Shown: piece after piece, positions 26,520 through 40,000 of the stretch
Position numbering within the stretch: the first letter of the stretch is position 1
Layout: every line of letters starts with the position of its first letter
Assembly: GCA_013265495.1 (NCBI GenBank)
Contig: MU058669.1
Coordinates: 664,056 to 728,055, forward strand
Direction of reading: 5' to 3'
Origin: Vicugna vicugna
Taxonomy: Eukaryota
DNA length: 64,000 nt
The notes under the pieces: model-generated
Databases searched by the model: none
Told to the model about the DNA's origin: nothing
What the model saw: the letters and a program-made list of their open reading frames with translations, nothing else
Position numbers and translations under genes: made by a program

Positions 26520-28140
26520 TCCACATCCTCTTGTCTCCTTGCAAGGGTCCTTCCTCCTCTGTCCATATCCTTGATTTCATCCCTGTCACCTTTCTTTCTC
26601 TGATATTCCACATTCAATCCAGCAGCAAATCCTTCTCCTTGGAAATATGTCTAGAGTCTGACCTCTTCTCACCATCCCACCCTGACTGCCTTAGACTAGC
26701 CCACCATTACCTCTTGCATGGACTGTTGCAGTAAACCATTAACTGGCCTCCCTGCTGCCACCTTTACCCCCCACCCCCAGTTCCCAGTCCATCCTTCACT
26801 CAGCAGCACAGTATCCAAGGGTGACTCTTTTAAATATAAGTCAAGTCTGCTGGAGAGGCTGTGGAGAAAGGGGAACCCTCCTACACTGCTGGTGGGAATG
26901 CAGTTTGGTGCAGCCACTGTGGAAAACAGTATGGAGATTCCTCAAAAGACCAGGAATAGACTTACCATATGACCCAGGAATCCACTCCTGGGGATATATC
27001 CAGAAGGAACCCTACTTCAAAATGACACTCGCACCCCAGTGTTCATAGCAGCACTCTTTGCAATAGCCAAGACATGGAAACGGCCTAAATGTGCATCAAC
27101 AGATGACTGGATAAAGAAGAGGAGGTCTATTTATACAATGGAATACTATTCAGCCATAAAAACTGACAGCATAATGCCATTTGCAGCAACATGGATGCTC
27201 CTGGAGATTGTCATTCTAAGTGAAGTAAGCCAGAAAGAGAAAGAAAAATACCGTATGAGATCACTCATATGTGGAATCTAAAAAAAACAAAAGACAAAAC
27301 ATAAATACAAAACAGAAACAGACTCAGAGACATAGAATACAAACTTGTGGTTGCCAAGGGGGCGGAGGGCGGGAAGGGACAGACTGGGATTTCAAAATGT
27401 ACAATAGATAAACAAGATTATACTGTATAGCACAGGGAAATATATACAAGATCTTGTGGTAGCTCACAGTGAAAAAAAATGTGACAAAGAATACACATAT
27501 GTTCATGTATAACTGAAAAATTGTGCTCTACAGTGGAATTTGACACAACATTGTAAAATGACTATGACTCAATAAAAAATGTTTAAAAAAACAAATAAAA
27601 GTCAAGTCAGGTTGATCTCTGCCTAACACCCCAGTAGCTTTCCATCTCAGAATAAGAGCCTAAGTTCTTCCTGTGGCCCATCTCACCTCTTGCTCCCATT
27701 CACCTATTTTCCCCCTCTTCTTCCTTTTTCTCTCTCTGCCTCAGCCACATTGGCTCTGCTATTTCTTGAATTTGACACATACATTGCCGTTTGGGAGACT
27801 TTGTGCTGGTTCTTCTCTCTCTACTTAAGTGGGAGTTCTTCCTCCAGATATTTCCACTCCGTCTCCTCTTCTTTATTCCTGTCTCTGCTTAGACACATGT
27901 TAGCCCATCCAGTATAAAACAGCAGCTCCTGTCACTCCCTGTCCCCTGATACTGCTTTCTTCTTCACGGCATTTATCAGTCCCTGATGCTGCACAATCGT
28001 TGTTCATTTAGTAATTGTTTCTGCAACTAGAGTGTAGCCTCTACGAGCGCAATGACTTTGCTTTAATCACTATTCAAGCCCTAGTGCCCCACAGAATGTC
28101 AGGCATGTAGCAGGTACCTTCATCTGTTAAACAAATGAAA
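26520..28140 (+). mobile_element. L2a remnant split by a young L1
   Basis: caatccagcagcaaatcc...ttctcaccatccc, resuming after 27608 with gctttccatctcagaataagagcc. Confidence 0.7.
26848..27592 (+). mobile_element. Young 5'-truncated L1 (ORF2 CCHC region + 3' UTR)
   Basis: Peptide [32 protein letters not shown]. 16-bp TSD aaata(t/a)aagtcaagtc (26832-26847 / 27593-27608). Confidence 0.93.
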
Positions 28141-28205
28141 AACATCCCTTTAACCAAGAGCATTTACTGAGAATGCTTAACAATGATAATGAGTGTGTGA
28201 AAGGC

Positions 28206-28607
28206 TGTGTTAGTCTTCTCTGGGTACCATAAAACACCACTACAGACAACAGGATGGTTTAAACAACGGAAATTTATTTTCTCACACTTCTGGAGGCTAG
28301 AAGTCCGAGATCAAGATTCCAGCATGGCTGGGTTCTGATGAGTCCTCTCTCCTTGGCTTGCTGACGACACCTTTTTGGAGTATCCTAACATGGCCTTTTC
28401 TCTCTGTGCGTGCATGGGGAAAGAGATTTCTGATGTCTCCTTCCTCTTATAAGTACACCAGTCTTATCGGGTTAGGACCCTACCCTTAGAACCTCATTTA
28501 ACGTTAATTACCTCCTTTAAGACCTTATCTCCTAATTTACACATTAGGGGTTAGGGTTTCAACATACTAAATTTTTGAGGTGTAGGGGCACAGTTCAGTC
28601 CATAACA
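28206..28607 (-). mobile_element. MLT1B-type MaLR LTR
   Basis: tgtgttagtc...cataaca ends; TSD aaggc / gaggc. Confidence 0.8.
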
Positions 28608-31600
28608 GAGGCTAACATGTATTAATCACCCACTATGTGCCAAGCTCTGTGCAGAAACAGTTTACACATCCCTACCCCAAGCAGACCTTTGATTTCCTGG
28701 TTCCGAGATTCTTTGCGTGCATCCCAGTGGTGGTTTGAGATCTGGAGACAAGGCAGGTCCTGGGCAACCCAACACAATCAGAGAAGGATAAAGAAGCTTG
28801 TACCTAAGACCTCCTGTTATTTCTGTCTTGTATCCTTTGCTCATATCAAGGTTTGTTTCCTGCGGATAAACTGTTGGAGTCTTGTGCGTCCTTTTAGCAA
28901 TGAACCCTCTTAAAGTGATTAACATGTTATTAACATAACTGAATAGCATTTCATTGCATGAACACACTATGATTTGTTAACCTACTCACCTATTTCAACA
29001 TTCCAGTTTTAGGCTATTATCAACAATGGTACTGTGGAAATTCTGCACAAGTCATTTTGAGGACATATGTTTTTATGTCTCTTGGGAAAATGCCTGTTAG
29101 TTTGTATTCTCTATTGATTCCCTAATGTTCTCTATGTGAAAAATCATATTGTTTGTGATAAAGACAGATGTACGACTTTTAATCCAAATTTTATCCCTTT
29201 TCTATCTTTTTTTTCTGCCTTATTGCCATAACTAGCCTCTCCAGCACAGTGTGAATAGAAACGGTGGGAACAGACAGACTCCTTTTTCTGAATCTTAGAT
29301 TGAACGTATTCAGTATTTCACCATTAAATATGAACTTAACGGTAGTATTTTTGGTAGGTACTTTCAATTAGATTGAGAAAATATTCTTCCATTGCTAGTT
29401 TGTGGAGGGTTTTGTCTTTAATGGGTATTAAATTCTACCAAATGCTTTTTCTGCATGCATTGTGATGATATATGTGCTTTTCCTTTTATTGTTTAGTGTT
29501 GTAAATTATATTGATTAATTTTTCAGTGTTGAACTGACTTTGTATTCCTGGGACAAACCTCACTTCGTCATGATATATTGCCCTTTATATATGTTTCTGG
29601 ATTCAATTTGCTAATATTTTATTGGGCAGTTTTGTATCTGTATTCATGAGGGATACTGATTTGTAATTTTCTCATACTGTCCTTGTCAGGTTTAGGTGGC
29701 AAGGTTACTGTGGCTGCATACAATCAGTGGGAAAGAATTCTATTCTCCTTTATTTTATCAAAGAGTTGTTGTCGTATTCATTTTGTTTCTTCTTTGTGTG
29801 TTTGATAGAATTTACCAGTGAGTCTATCTGGACTTGAGTTTTGTTTGGGGAATGGTGTTTAATCATGAATTTTACCTCTTTAATAGATGTAGGCTTCTGT
29901 GGCTTTTCTATTTCTCCTTGTATTAGTTTTGCAAAGTTTTGTTTTTCAAGGAATTTTTCATTTCATGTAAGTTGTCAAATTTATTGGAATAAAGTTTTCT
30001 CTAAGAGTCTCTTTTTATTGTTTTAGTGTCTGTAAGCTCTGTGGTGACAAGACCTTTTTCATACCCACTGCCGGTGATTTCTGTTCTCTTTTTCCCCCTT
30101 GGTTATTCTGGTTAGGTGTTTGTCAGTTTTGCTTATCTTTTCAGGAAAAGAGCTTTTGGTTTTGGCAATTTTCTCTTTTCTATGACTTCACAAATTATGT
30201 TGATTAATATGTCTGCTTACTTTGGATTTTGCTGTTTTTTTAAAGGTGAAACTTTGGTCATTGATTTTAGACTTTTCTTCTTTTTTTCTATAACCATTTA
30301 AAAATACAAGTCTTTCTTTAAATACTGCTTTAATTGCACTCCACACATTTTGATATGTTGGATTTTTATTTTCTTTCAGTTTAGAAATATTTAAAAGTTA
30401 CTTTTATGGTTTCTTCTTTGACCTTTGAATAACTTAGAGGGATGTTTAATTTCTAAGTATTTGGGAATTCTCTAGATATCGCATAATTAATGGCTTCTAA
30501 ATTAATTCTACTGAACTAAGAGAACATATTTTGTGTAATTTTAGCCCTCTCTGATGTCACCCCAAATATCATCTGTCTTGGTGATTATTCCATGTGCATT
30601 TAAAAAGTATGAGTTCTTCAGTGTGGGATGTATGTATGGTCCCACAAATATCAGTTAGTTTAAATCAACTGTGTGGTGTATATTTACTAGAGTGCATCCT
30701 TGTTAATATTTTGGCATACTTATTCTATCAGTTCCTGAGACTTGGGTATTAATATCTCCTACTATGATTGTGACTTGGCCTAATTCCTTTTATTATTTTT
30801 AATTTTTGTTTCAAAGATACTGGAAGTTTATCATTAGGAGGATATACATGTATGACTGTTAAGTCTTCTTGGTGAATTGACCCTTTGCCTCTGTGAAATG
30901 TACATGCTCATCTCTGTGAATACTCCCTGTCATAGAGTCTGTGTGACATTGATACAACCCACATAAGTTTCCTTATGCTTACCCTTTGCATGGTGCATTT
31001 TCCTTTTTTTAATTTTCAACTTGTTTATATTTTGTATTTAAAATGAGTGGAAATGGTTCTCACTTTTTGTCCAGTCTAGTAATTTCTACCACTTATTTGG
31101 AGTATTCAATAATGCATATGTTTGATGTAATTGTCAGTATGGGTAGATTTTAATCTATCATTTTGTTATTTCTTGTCTGTTTTATCCTCTGTTCTTTGTT
31201 TTTCCTTTCCCATCTTTTGTGTTGAATAAAGTTATTATGGTCTATCTTGTGTCTTTTAAAAGATCTAACTCTTTGTATTGTATTTGTAATGTTTGCTAAA
31301 GGGATTACAGTATTTCCTTAATGTATCACGGTGTAATTTGAATTGATATTATACCACTTTGCATTCAATATAAGAACTTTCCAAGAGGTTACTTCCATTT
31401 ACATTCCTTCCTATCTCAAGTTTTTTTATTGTCATATATTTCCTCATACATATGTTACAATCCCCATGATACATTGTCAGGCCCACCATTTAGAGCCAAA
31501 GACTTTTACAATATTTAAGAAAATAAATAAGAACAACCTTTTAAAATTACTTATGTATTGACCATTTCCAGTCTTCTTTATTCTTCCCTATAGATCAATG

Positions 31601-32433
31601 TTTTCATCTGGTATCATTTCCTTTCAGCCTGCAGAACTTCCTTCAGCATTTCTTTTAGTGTGAGTGTGTTAACTTCAGATCCTTTCAGTTTTCATGTATT
31701 ACAAAATGTCTTTATTTAACTCTGATTTTTGAAAGTGGGATATCGAATATGTTTGACAGTCTTCTTTTCCAGGACTTTGAAGATGTCTCTCCAATATAAT
31801 CTGGTCTCCATATTTCTGTGAGAAGTCAGCTGTCACTTGTATCATTATCCCCTTGTGTGTTATGTGTCTATGTACTCTGGCTGTTCAAGATGATTTCTTT
31901 ATCTTTGGTTTTCGGGCATTTGTTTATGATAGACCTATCGTTTAAAAAGTCCTGCTTGAGTTTTACTGAGTTGCCTGGATATGTGGAATGCTGTTTATGT
32001 TAATTTTGGGAAAATTTCAGCTATTGTTTAGACAGATTTTTTTCCTACCCTAATCTCTCTTTCCTCTTCTGAGATTCTGATTATGTCATTTGGTAATGTC
32101 CAAAGATCATCAAGTATCATCAAATTTTCTTTCAAAATAATTTCTCTCTTTGCTTCAGTTTGGATGATTTCCACTGAACTTACTTCAAATTTATGAATCT
32201 TTTCTACTGTACTGTCTAATCTGCTATTAATTTCATCCAAATACATTTTTACTTCTGATAATCATGTTTTTCACCTGTGAAATATCTATTTGTTTCTTTT
32301 TTAGAGTTTATGTATCTCTACTGAAATTCCCCAACTTTTGACTCATTAATCTATCTTATCCTGTAAATATTTAAAACATTTATCATGTTTATTTTAAAAC
32401 ATCTCTTAATCTGCTGATTTTATTATCTAGGTC

Positions 32434-33161
32434 TGTAATAGTTAATTGTATGTGTCAACTTGACTGGGTCAAGGCTTCCCAAATATTTGATCAAATGCTA
32501 TTCTGTGTGTTTCTGTGAGGGTATTTGTAGATGAGATTAAGCTTTAAGTCTGTAGACTTGAGTAAAGCAAACTGCCCTCCCTCGTTGGTAAGCCGTATGT
32601 GATCAGCTGAAGCCTTGAGTAGAACGAAAAGGTTGATTCTCAGTGGAGTAAGAGAGAATTCCTCCTGGCCTTCAAACTGGGACATCAGCTTCTTTCTTGC
32701 CTTCAGATTTTTACTGCAACATTGACTCTTCCTGGGTCTCAAGTCTGATGTTCTTTGGGCTGAAACTAACTATTGGCACTCATGGGTCTCCTGCTTGCTG
32801 ACTCACCCTGCAGATCTCAGGACTTCGCAACTTCCATAATTGTGTGAGCCTTTTCTTTATCTACCTATCCATTTAATTTATTTAATTTATTTCTATATCA
32901 TATAATATATAAATGTAACAAATCTCTCTCTATATATACATATATGTATATATGTATGTATTTATATATCATATCTCCTTGGTTCTTTAAGAGTTTTTTC
33001 TTTCTTTCTTTTAATTTTTTTATTGTTCTTTTTTTTTTTTTTTAAATGAAGGTACTGGGGATTGAACCCAGGACCTCATGCATGTTAAGCAGGCACTCTA
33101 CCACTGAGCTATACCCATCTGCTCCTTGGTTCTTTTTCTCCAGAGAACTCTGACTAATACA
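32434..33161 (+). mobile_element. MLT2-type ERVL solo LTR
   Basis: Start tgtaatagttaattgtatgtgtcaacttgact, end agagaactctgactaataca. Confidence 0.85.
32989..33121 (-). mobile_element. tRNA-derived SINE (camelid vic-1-like)
   Basis: Minus strand gggtatagctcagtggtagagtgcctgcttaacatgcatgaggtcctgggttcaatccccagtacc with A/B boxes and a poly(A) tail. Perfect 14-bp TSD ctccttggttcttt (32975-32988 / 33122-33135). Confidence 0.9.
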
Positions 33162-34874
33162 GGGTAATTTGTGAATTTCTTTCTACTGACTAATTTTTCC
33201 CTTGACCACATGTCACTTTTTCCAGTTTCATCTCGTATATAATAATTTTATTATTGTGTTCTGGGTATTTTGTACAATATGCTTTAGAGAGTCTATATTC
33301 TGTTACCTTTCTCTGAAGAGAATTGAATTTTATTTGAACAGGGAGTTAAATTATTAGTGAAGCACCTGGTCCTTTTCAAGGCTTAATTTTATGCTTTGTT
33401 TGAGTGGGTCTATTTTGGATTTATACTTAGTCCTAGGGTGAATTCCTTAGTGTTGGGAAGTAGTCTTTTCCCCTAAGGCATGGCTTTTCTGGAGTTCAGT
33501 GGAAAGTTTGAGATGTTTACCAAGACCCCGTAACTTGGTAGAACTTGAATTCCAAACACTGTCTGTCCTGTGGCAGGATGCTGCTGTTGCCCACGTTTCT
33601 GTTCCCTCTTTCAGCCTTCCAGTTTTTGCTTTCCTCTTTAGCTCCTAAGAGCCTCATTCCGTGAATACACAGTTCAGAAATCAGCCAAGAATTTGAAGAG
33701 TTTCTATTCAGATTTTGAGGGTTCATTCCTCTTTGGCTCCTTCCCTTTCTCGATTTCCTCCTTAATTTCTAGACACTCTGTCAACCTTAAACTCTTTCCT
33801 CCAACACTTCAGGCCGATAAAATGGGAGTTTTTTTGCCTGAACTCTATCCACCAAAAATTTTACCACATGGACTGGAGAATTCCTTCACAGTAAAGTGCA
33901 AGTAATTGTAGCTCTCAACCACGGAGGGCCCCTTCTTTCAAGGTTTGAATTCCCTTCAGTTTCTGTTTGCTTTTACTGCCTCTCTTGAGTCTTCAAACAG
34001 CTGTTTTAAAATACTTTTCCCAAGTTAGTAATTATTACAGCTGGAGTTCAGTCTCTGCCACTATTGGAAGCCAGAAGTCCCTGGGCGTTGGTTTAATTGT
34101 ACAGTGCCTTATGGCAAGGTATTTTCACCTCTCTCTGCCCCAGTTTCTCCTCCCGATTGTTGGGAGTATTAAACAAGGTCAGGAATAAAAATGACAGAGT
34201 CCAGCACATAATAAACCCTCAGGAAACTTGGGCCATGTTATACAGCTAGAGTTTGAATCCAGTCTGGCTGCAGAGCCTTCATCATTGTGCTGTGTTGTCC
34301 ACACCTGCAAATGTGGTACACGATGTTCAGTGGGTTTGGACTGTCCTGTTTCACAGACAGGACATAGAGGCCCTGTGAGGGGAAGGGGCAGAGGCCAATT
34401 CTATAGAAGTAGGCAGTTAAAAGGGAACTTTAGAGCCGGGCTTCTTACCTTGGGGTTCATGAACACATGTAGGTACAATGAGTGGATTTCAGGCAGGTCT
34501 CGTCTTCTTGAATCTGAATTATGAAGTGTGTGTGTGTGTCTATGTGTATATGCATGTGCATTTTTCCCAAGATGGGGGTTTATATGCTTCCATCAGATTC
34601 TCAGAGAGGTCTGTGACTCCAAAACGCAAGAAGCATGGTTATTCTGAACACTTTTGGGACCCTATTGATAACCTGATCTAAGTTATGGACACCCTTCCAG
34701 GAAAAAAATACCTTTGAGATCATTAGATGTGATCATATTCTATAAAAGAGGGAGTAGAGGCTCAGAGAAAAAGAATGATACACTCAGGGGTGGGTGGAGT
34801 AGTGGTAGTACTGATGATGTGAAGATGATTCACTGAGTACATAATACATTCAGGGAGCTGCCCTAAGCACTTTA

Positions 34875-36176
34875 TTTAATTTATTTTTTGAGGGTTTTTT
34901 TAAATTAAGTTATAGTCATTTTACAATGTTGTGTCAAATTCCACTGTAGAGCACAATTTTTCAGTTATACATATATTCCTTGTCACATTTTTTTGTTTCA
35001 CTGTGAGCTACCACAAGATCTTGTATATATTTCCCTGTGCTATACAGTATAATCTTGTTTATCTATTCTGCATGTGCCTGTCAGTATCCACAAATTTTGA
35101 AATCCCAGTCTGTCCCTTCCCACCCCCTGCCTCCTTGGCAGCCACAAGTTTGTATTCTTTGTCTATGAGTCTGCTTCTGTTTTGTATTCATGGTCTTTTT
35201 TTTTCCCCTCAATTCCCCATATAAACGATCTCATATGGTATTTTTCTTTCTCTTTCTGGCTTACTTCACTTAGAATGACAATCTCCAAGAACATCCATGT
35301 TGCTGCAAATGGCGTTATGTTGTTGGTTTTTATGGCTGAGTAGTATTTCATTGTATAAATATACCACCTCTTCTTTATCCAGTCATCTGTGGGACATTTA
35401 GGCTGTTTCCATGTCTTGGCTATTGTAAATAGTGCTGCTATGAACATTGGGGTACAGGTGTCATTTTGAAGTAGGGTTCCTTCTGTATATATGCCCAGGA
35501 GCGGGATTCCTGGGTCATATGGTAAGTCTATTCCTGGTCTTTTGAGGAATCTCCATACTGTTTTCCACAGTGGCTGTACCAAACTGCATTCCCACCAGCA
35601 GTGTAGGAGGGTTCCCTTTTCTCCACAGCCTCTCCAGCATTTGTCATTTGTGGGCTTTTGAATGATGGCCATTCTGACTGGTGTGAGCTGATACCTCATT
35701 GTAGTTTTGATTTGCATTTCTCTGATAATTAGTGATCTAGAGCATTTTTTTTATGTGCCTATTGATCATTTGCATTTCTTTCTTGGAGAATTGTTTGTTT
35801 AGGTCTTCTGCCCATTTTTGGATTGGGTTGTTTGTTTTATTCTTATTAAGTCATGTGAGCCGCTTATATTTTCTGGAGATCAAGCCTTCATCGCTTTCAT
35901 CGTTTGCAAAAATTTTCTCCCATTCTGTAGGTTGTCAGTTTGTTTTACTTATGGTTTCCTTTGCTGTGCAAAAGCTTGGAAGTTTAATTAGGTCCCATTT
36001 GTTTATTCTTGCTTTTATTTCTATTGCTTGGGTAGATTGCCTTAGGAGAACATTTTTGAGATGTATGTCAGATAATGTTTTGCCTATATTTTCTTCTAGG
36101 AGGTTTATTGTATCTTGTCTTATATTTAAGTCTTTGATCCATTTTCAGTTTATTTTTGTGTATGGTGTAAGGGAGT
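34875..36176 (-). mobile_element. Young 5'-truncated L1 (~1.3 kb; ORF2 C-terminus + 3' UTR)
   Basis: Minus ORF 35163-35717 [21 protein letters not shown]...[18 protein letters not shown] is the ORF2p C-terminal domain. 8-bp TSD gcacttta (34867-34874 / 36177-36184). Confidence 0.93.
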
Positions 36177-36234
36177 GCACTTTACATGGATTGTCTCATA
36201 TAATTATCATATCAACCCTGTGAGGAAATTACAG

Positions 36235-37087
36235 TTTATTTTATTTTTCAGCTTTATTGAGGTATAATTGACAAATTAAATCGTAAGATATTTAAAATGT
36301 ACAGCATGATGATTTGATATACATATACATTGTGAAAGAATCCCCCTCACTGAGTTAACTGATACATCCATTACCTCACATATTCACCTTTCTCTGGGGA
36401 GGAGTGAGAACTTTAAGCTCTACTCTCAGTGAATTTCAATTATACAGTAGAGTGATATCAACTGTAGTCACCGTGTTGTACATTAGATCCTCAAACCTTA
36501 TTCATTTTATAACTGAAAGTTTGTTTTCTTTTACAGAATTTCACTATGTCCTCCAACCACAGCTCTGGCAACCATTTTTCCAGTCTCTGTTTCTGAGTGT
36601 GACTTTTTTTTTTAAGATTCCACATATAATTGATACCATGCAGTATTTGTCTTTCTGTTTGGCTTATTTCACTTAGCATAATGCCCTCCAGTTTCATCCA
36701 TGTTGTCAGAAATTACAGGATCTCCTTCTTTTCTAAGGCTGAATAATATTCCACTGTGTATATGTGTATGTGTGTATGTGTGTGTATATATATGTCATTT
36801 ACACATGTATGGTACGTATGTATCACGTCTTCTTTATCCATTCATCTGTCAATGGACACTTAGGCTGTTTGCATACTCGGCTATTGTAAATAATACTGCA
36901 GTGAACATGAGAGTGCAGTTATTTCTTTGAGATAATGGCTTTGTTTCCTTTAGATATATACCCAGGAGTGGAATTGCTGGATCATAAGGTAGTTCTGTTT
37001 TTAGTTTCTTGAGAAATCTCCATAGTGGTTGCACCAATTTACATTCCCACCAATGGTGCACGAGGGCTCCCTTTTCCCCACATCTGC
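36235..37087 (-). mobile_element. Older L1 (L1MA-like) 3' end
   Basis: Peptides MKLEGIMLSEISQ and [11 protein letters not shown]...[14 protein letters not shown]; cagctttattgaggtataattgac tail. Confidence 0.88.
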
Positions 37088-40000
37088 ATTAACTTCATTT
37101 TATCAATGAAGAAACCAAGGTACATAGAGTTTAAGTAACTTGCTCCAATATCACACAGCTAGGAAGTGACTGAGATGGTGATAGAGCCCAATTCTCTTGA
37201 CTTCTATCCTGAGACTCTGGTCATAACACACAAAGAACAGAAGGAAGCTGGCCCCTGTCCCCTGGAAGCTGCCCCTGCTGATAGCTCACTCGTAGAAGGT
37301 GGCATCACTGGTATCGGTATGAGACACTGGCAAGGTATATCACTGAAGGCCCCATGGGTGGTGAAAATGCCCTCACCTGGGAGGTAGCTTCCCAGTCACT
37401 ACTTGCGGTGACACTTACAGATGGGACACATCTTCTTAACAAATAAGAATCTAATGAATTAGGTCTTATCTAATTATGCATTCTGCATTAAGCCATGCCT
37501 TTCCCTGCCTGATGCTGCCGACATAATTAAACTTAATGTATTTTTAACGATGTCTTCTTAACTCAGCATTCACATGCAATTAGCATCAAACAGGGATGAG
37601 CTGTCTCAGGTCCAGGGGCTGTTCTCCACCATGCCCCCGTAAGACTCAGGTTCAGATATGAGTGAATCATAGACTTCAAGGTTTGCCGAAGGGTAAGGAT
37701 GACTTGTAATGCTAGTCATCCTAATTTGAGCAGCAAGATGGCACTCTCTTCTAGTTTGGCTTCAATTCCAGGTCTCACGTCTCTGAAACCATGTGTATGT
37801 GTTGTATATTTTGTTTTGTTTTGGACCTGAATTATTGGCTGGCTAGAGGTAAAGAAAAGGCCAGGAAAACAATGTGTGAGGAATGGAGCCTTGTACTGGG
37901 AGTAAAGATACCTGGGTTCTGGCAAGTAACATCCCCTGTTTGAACTTTAATTTCCTTATCTGTAAAAGGTGAGGACTAAACTAGATAATATTTATGATTC
38001 CCCTCCACTCTGGGGATTATTGTTTAAATATGGTCTCTCTGCTGCTGACCTCTCCTTACCTCCAGTCCATCCTCTTCACGACTTCTAGTAACCTCCAAAC
38101 ATGATCTGAATCACTCCCCTCATTAGAAACTCCCGTAACAGTGGAACTACCAGTATTTATTATTTACAGTGCAATAGACGTTTATATTTCTTATCTCACC
38201 TCATCTTCAACAGCCCAGTGAAGTTTGGAATTTTGTCATTTTTACTCACGAGGGGACCGTGATTTGGATGAAAAGATTTTCTCAGCTCAAACAGTTGGGA
38301 AGTGGTGAGGACCAGCATGTACTTGTCCACAATCCGTGGCCCTTCCGGCAGGTTTGCTGTGGCCAACAGAAGCAGTTGGAGGCCTAGGCAGGCATGCATA
38401 GCCCTCGCGATCTTGTCCCAGTTTGGTATTTCTAACCTCATCTCTCCTCTCTCACACTGTTTGTTGCCTCTTCCTCCACCACTCATCAGTGCCAGTCCTT
38501 TCACAGCTACTCAAATGTATCCTGATACTCAACCCGTGTGTTTTCGCTCAGACTTTCCCCTCTGCTTGTTTTACCCTCCTTCCCTGTATCACCCCATCAC
38601 AGCTTCAAGGACCCGTTCAGCATGTTTCCTTCCCCATGTTTTTTAAGCACTTTATTTCTACTGCTAACCCAGGAAAGGCTTTGACGTGCCATAACTGAGT
38701 TATTCATGTGTATCTCAATTCCCTAGCTTGATTGTGAACTGCAGAGGATAAGGGATGTTTATTATGCCTCTCTTCTTCCTCTCCTGCACCTGATGTGTAA
38801 TTCTGTGCTTATCCATAGTTGACTCTGATGCAAGGGTGAGAGTCAACATACTTAGCAACTAGTATGGTATGTGAACTGACCCAAGGGAATGGACTCTGGC
38901 TGTACTCGTGTGTACATGTGGAACAACAACCATTCCCTGGTGTGCGTACAGGGAATTGAAACGGCCATTGGAAGGGCTGCTAAATGCATTCCTTGTTAGT
39001 TCCCTCCCACTCTACTGCCTCCAGAATGATCTCCTGCATGCCCTGCTCCAGGTGGTCTCCCTTCCAGTATGCTTCCTCTGATCTCACTTCCACTTCACTT
39101 ACCATGTTCTAGACCTCTGTTTCCATCCTCGGACCCTTTGCCTCACTCCAGCCTCAGGAGCTGTGTTCTCTTTGTCCTCTGGCATATGTGGCCTCTTCTC
39201 ATGGCTGGCTCCCTGACATTGGTCAGCTCTCTGCTCAGACATCATCTTAGAGGGGCTCCCTCACCGTCCTGCTAAAAATCCTCTCTGTCTCCCTCCACCC
39301 AGTCTCTCACACCACTCTGATTATGTCTTCCAGAGCACCCATTACAGTTTTTTGTTTACCTATTGGCTTCGTTATTAATGTTCTATTCCTTACCGGAATG
39401 TGTGTTCCACGTGTGGACCTTTGCTGTTTTGCTCACAGCTGTATCTCCAGTTGGTACATAGTAGGTACTCAACAAACTCAATTATCTGTTGAATAAATAA
39501 ACGAATGTGAATGAATGAATATCACAGGAAACCTCTTTCATTTGAAAGGAGTTAGTACTGCCATGCACGGGCTAGGCGTGTTGCTGGGCACGGGAGCATG
39601 TAGGGATGAGTCAGGAGTCAGGAGTCTAATCTCGGGAGGTGCTTTTGTTGCAGGTAAACCCTTCCAGTGGCACCAGTGCTGGGACATTTTTTTCCTGGGA
39701 GGAGGCACAGGTACTCTAGCTGTAAGTGGGGATTTGGGGGGACTGGGCCTCTTCCATCAGCTAGTGTCCTCGGGTTTACTCTCTGTATGGCTCTGCACCC
39801 TGCTGTGAGACTGCTTCATTCTTCTCTCTCCCAAGGGCAACCCCTCCTCACCTCTGCGCTCTTCTCCTTCCTCCATGAACCCATCTCGCATGTGGCTTGG
39901 CCTTGTCGTGGTTCTGTCTCAGCTCTGATGCCTCCTTTCCTGGTCTTGCTCTCCTAGCAAGTCTCTCATTTTCTTACATTCCCTCGTCCTCCTTCCCGAG

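Larger units (their letters stand above)
28900..34078 (-). mobile_element. Long ancient L1 (5' region, ORF1, part of ORF2), interrupted by MLT2
   Basis: Minus ORF 32028-32246 (EINSRLDSTVEKIHKFE...EIIQTEAKRE) resembles the ORF1p coiled coil. 29100-30900 has ORF2-type motifs (ggattcaatttgctaatattt, tagaatttaccagtgagtctatctgg). Confidence 0.75.

Noticed and set aside
33040..33121. tRNA-like sequence with A and B boxes
   Set aside because: Poly(A) tail and 14-bp TSD identify it as a SINE; the acceptor stem is broken.
35163..35717. 184-aa ORF, the longest in the window
   Set aside because: C-terminus of L1 ORF2p in a 5'-truncated copy, not a host gene.
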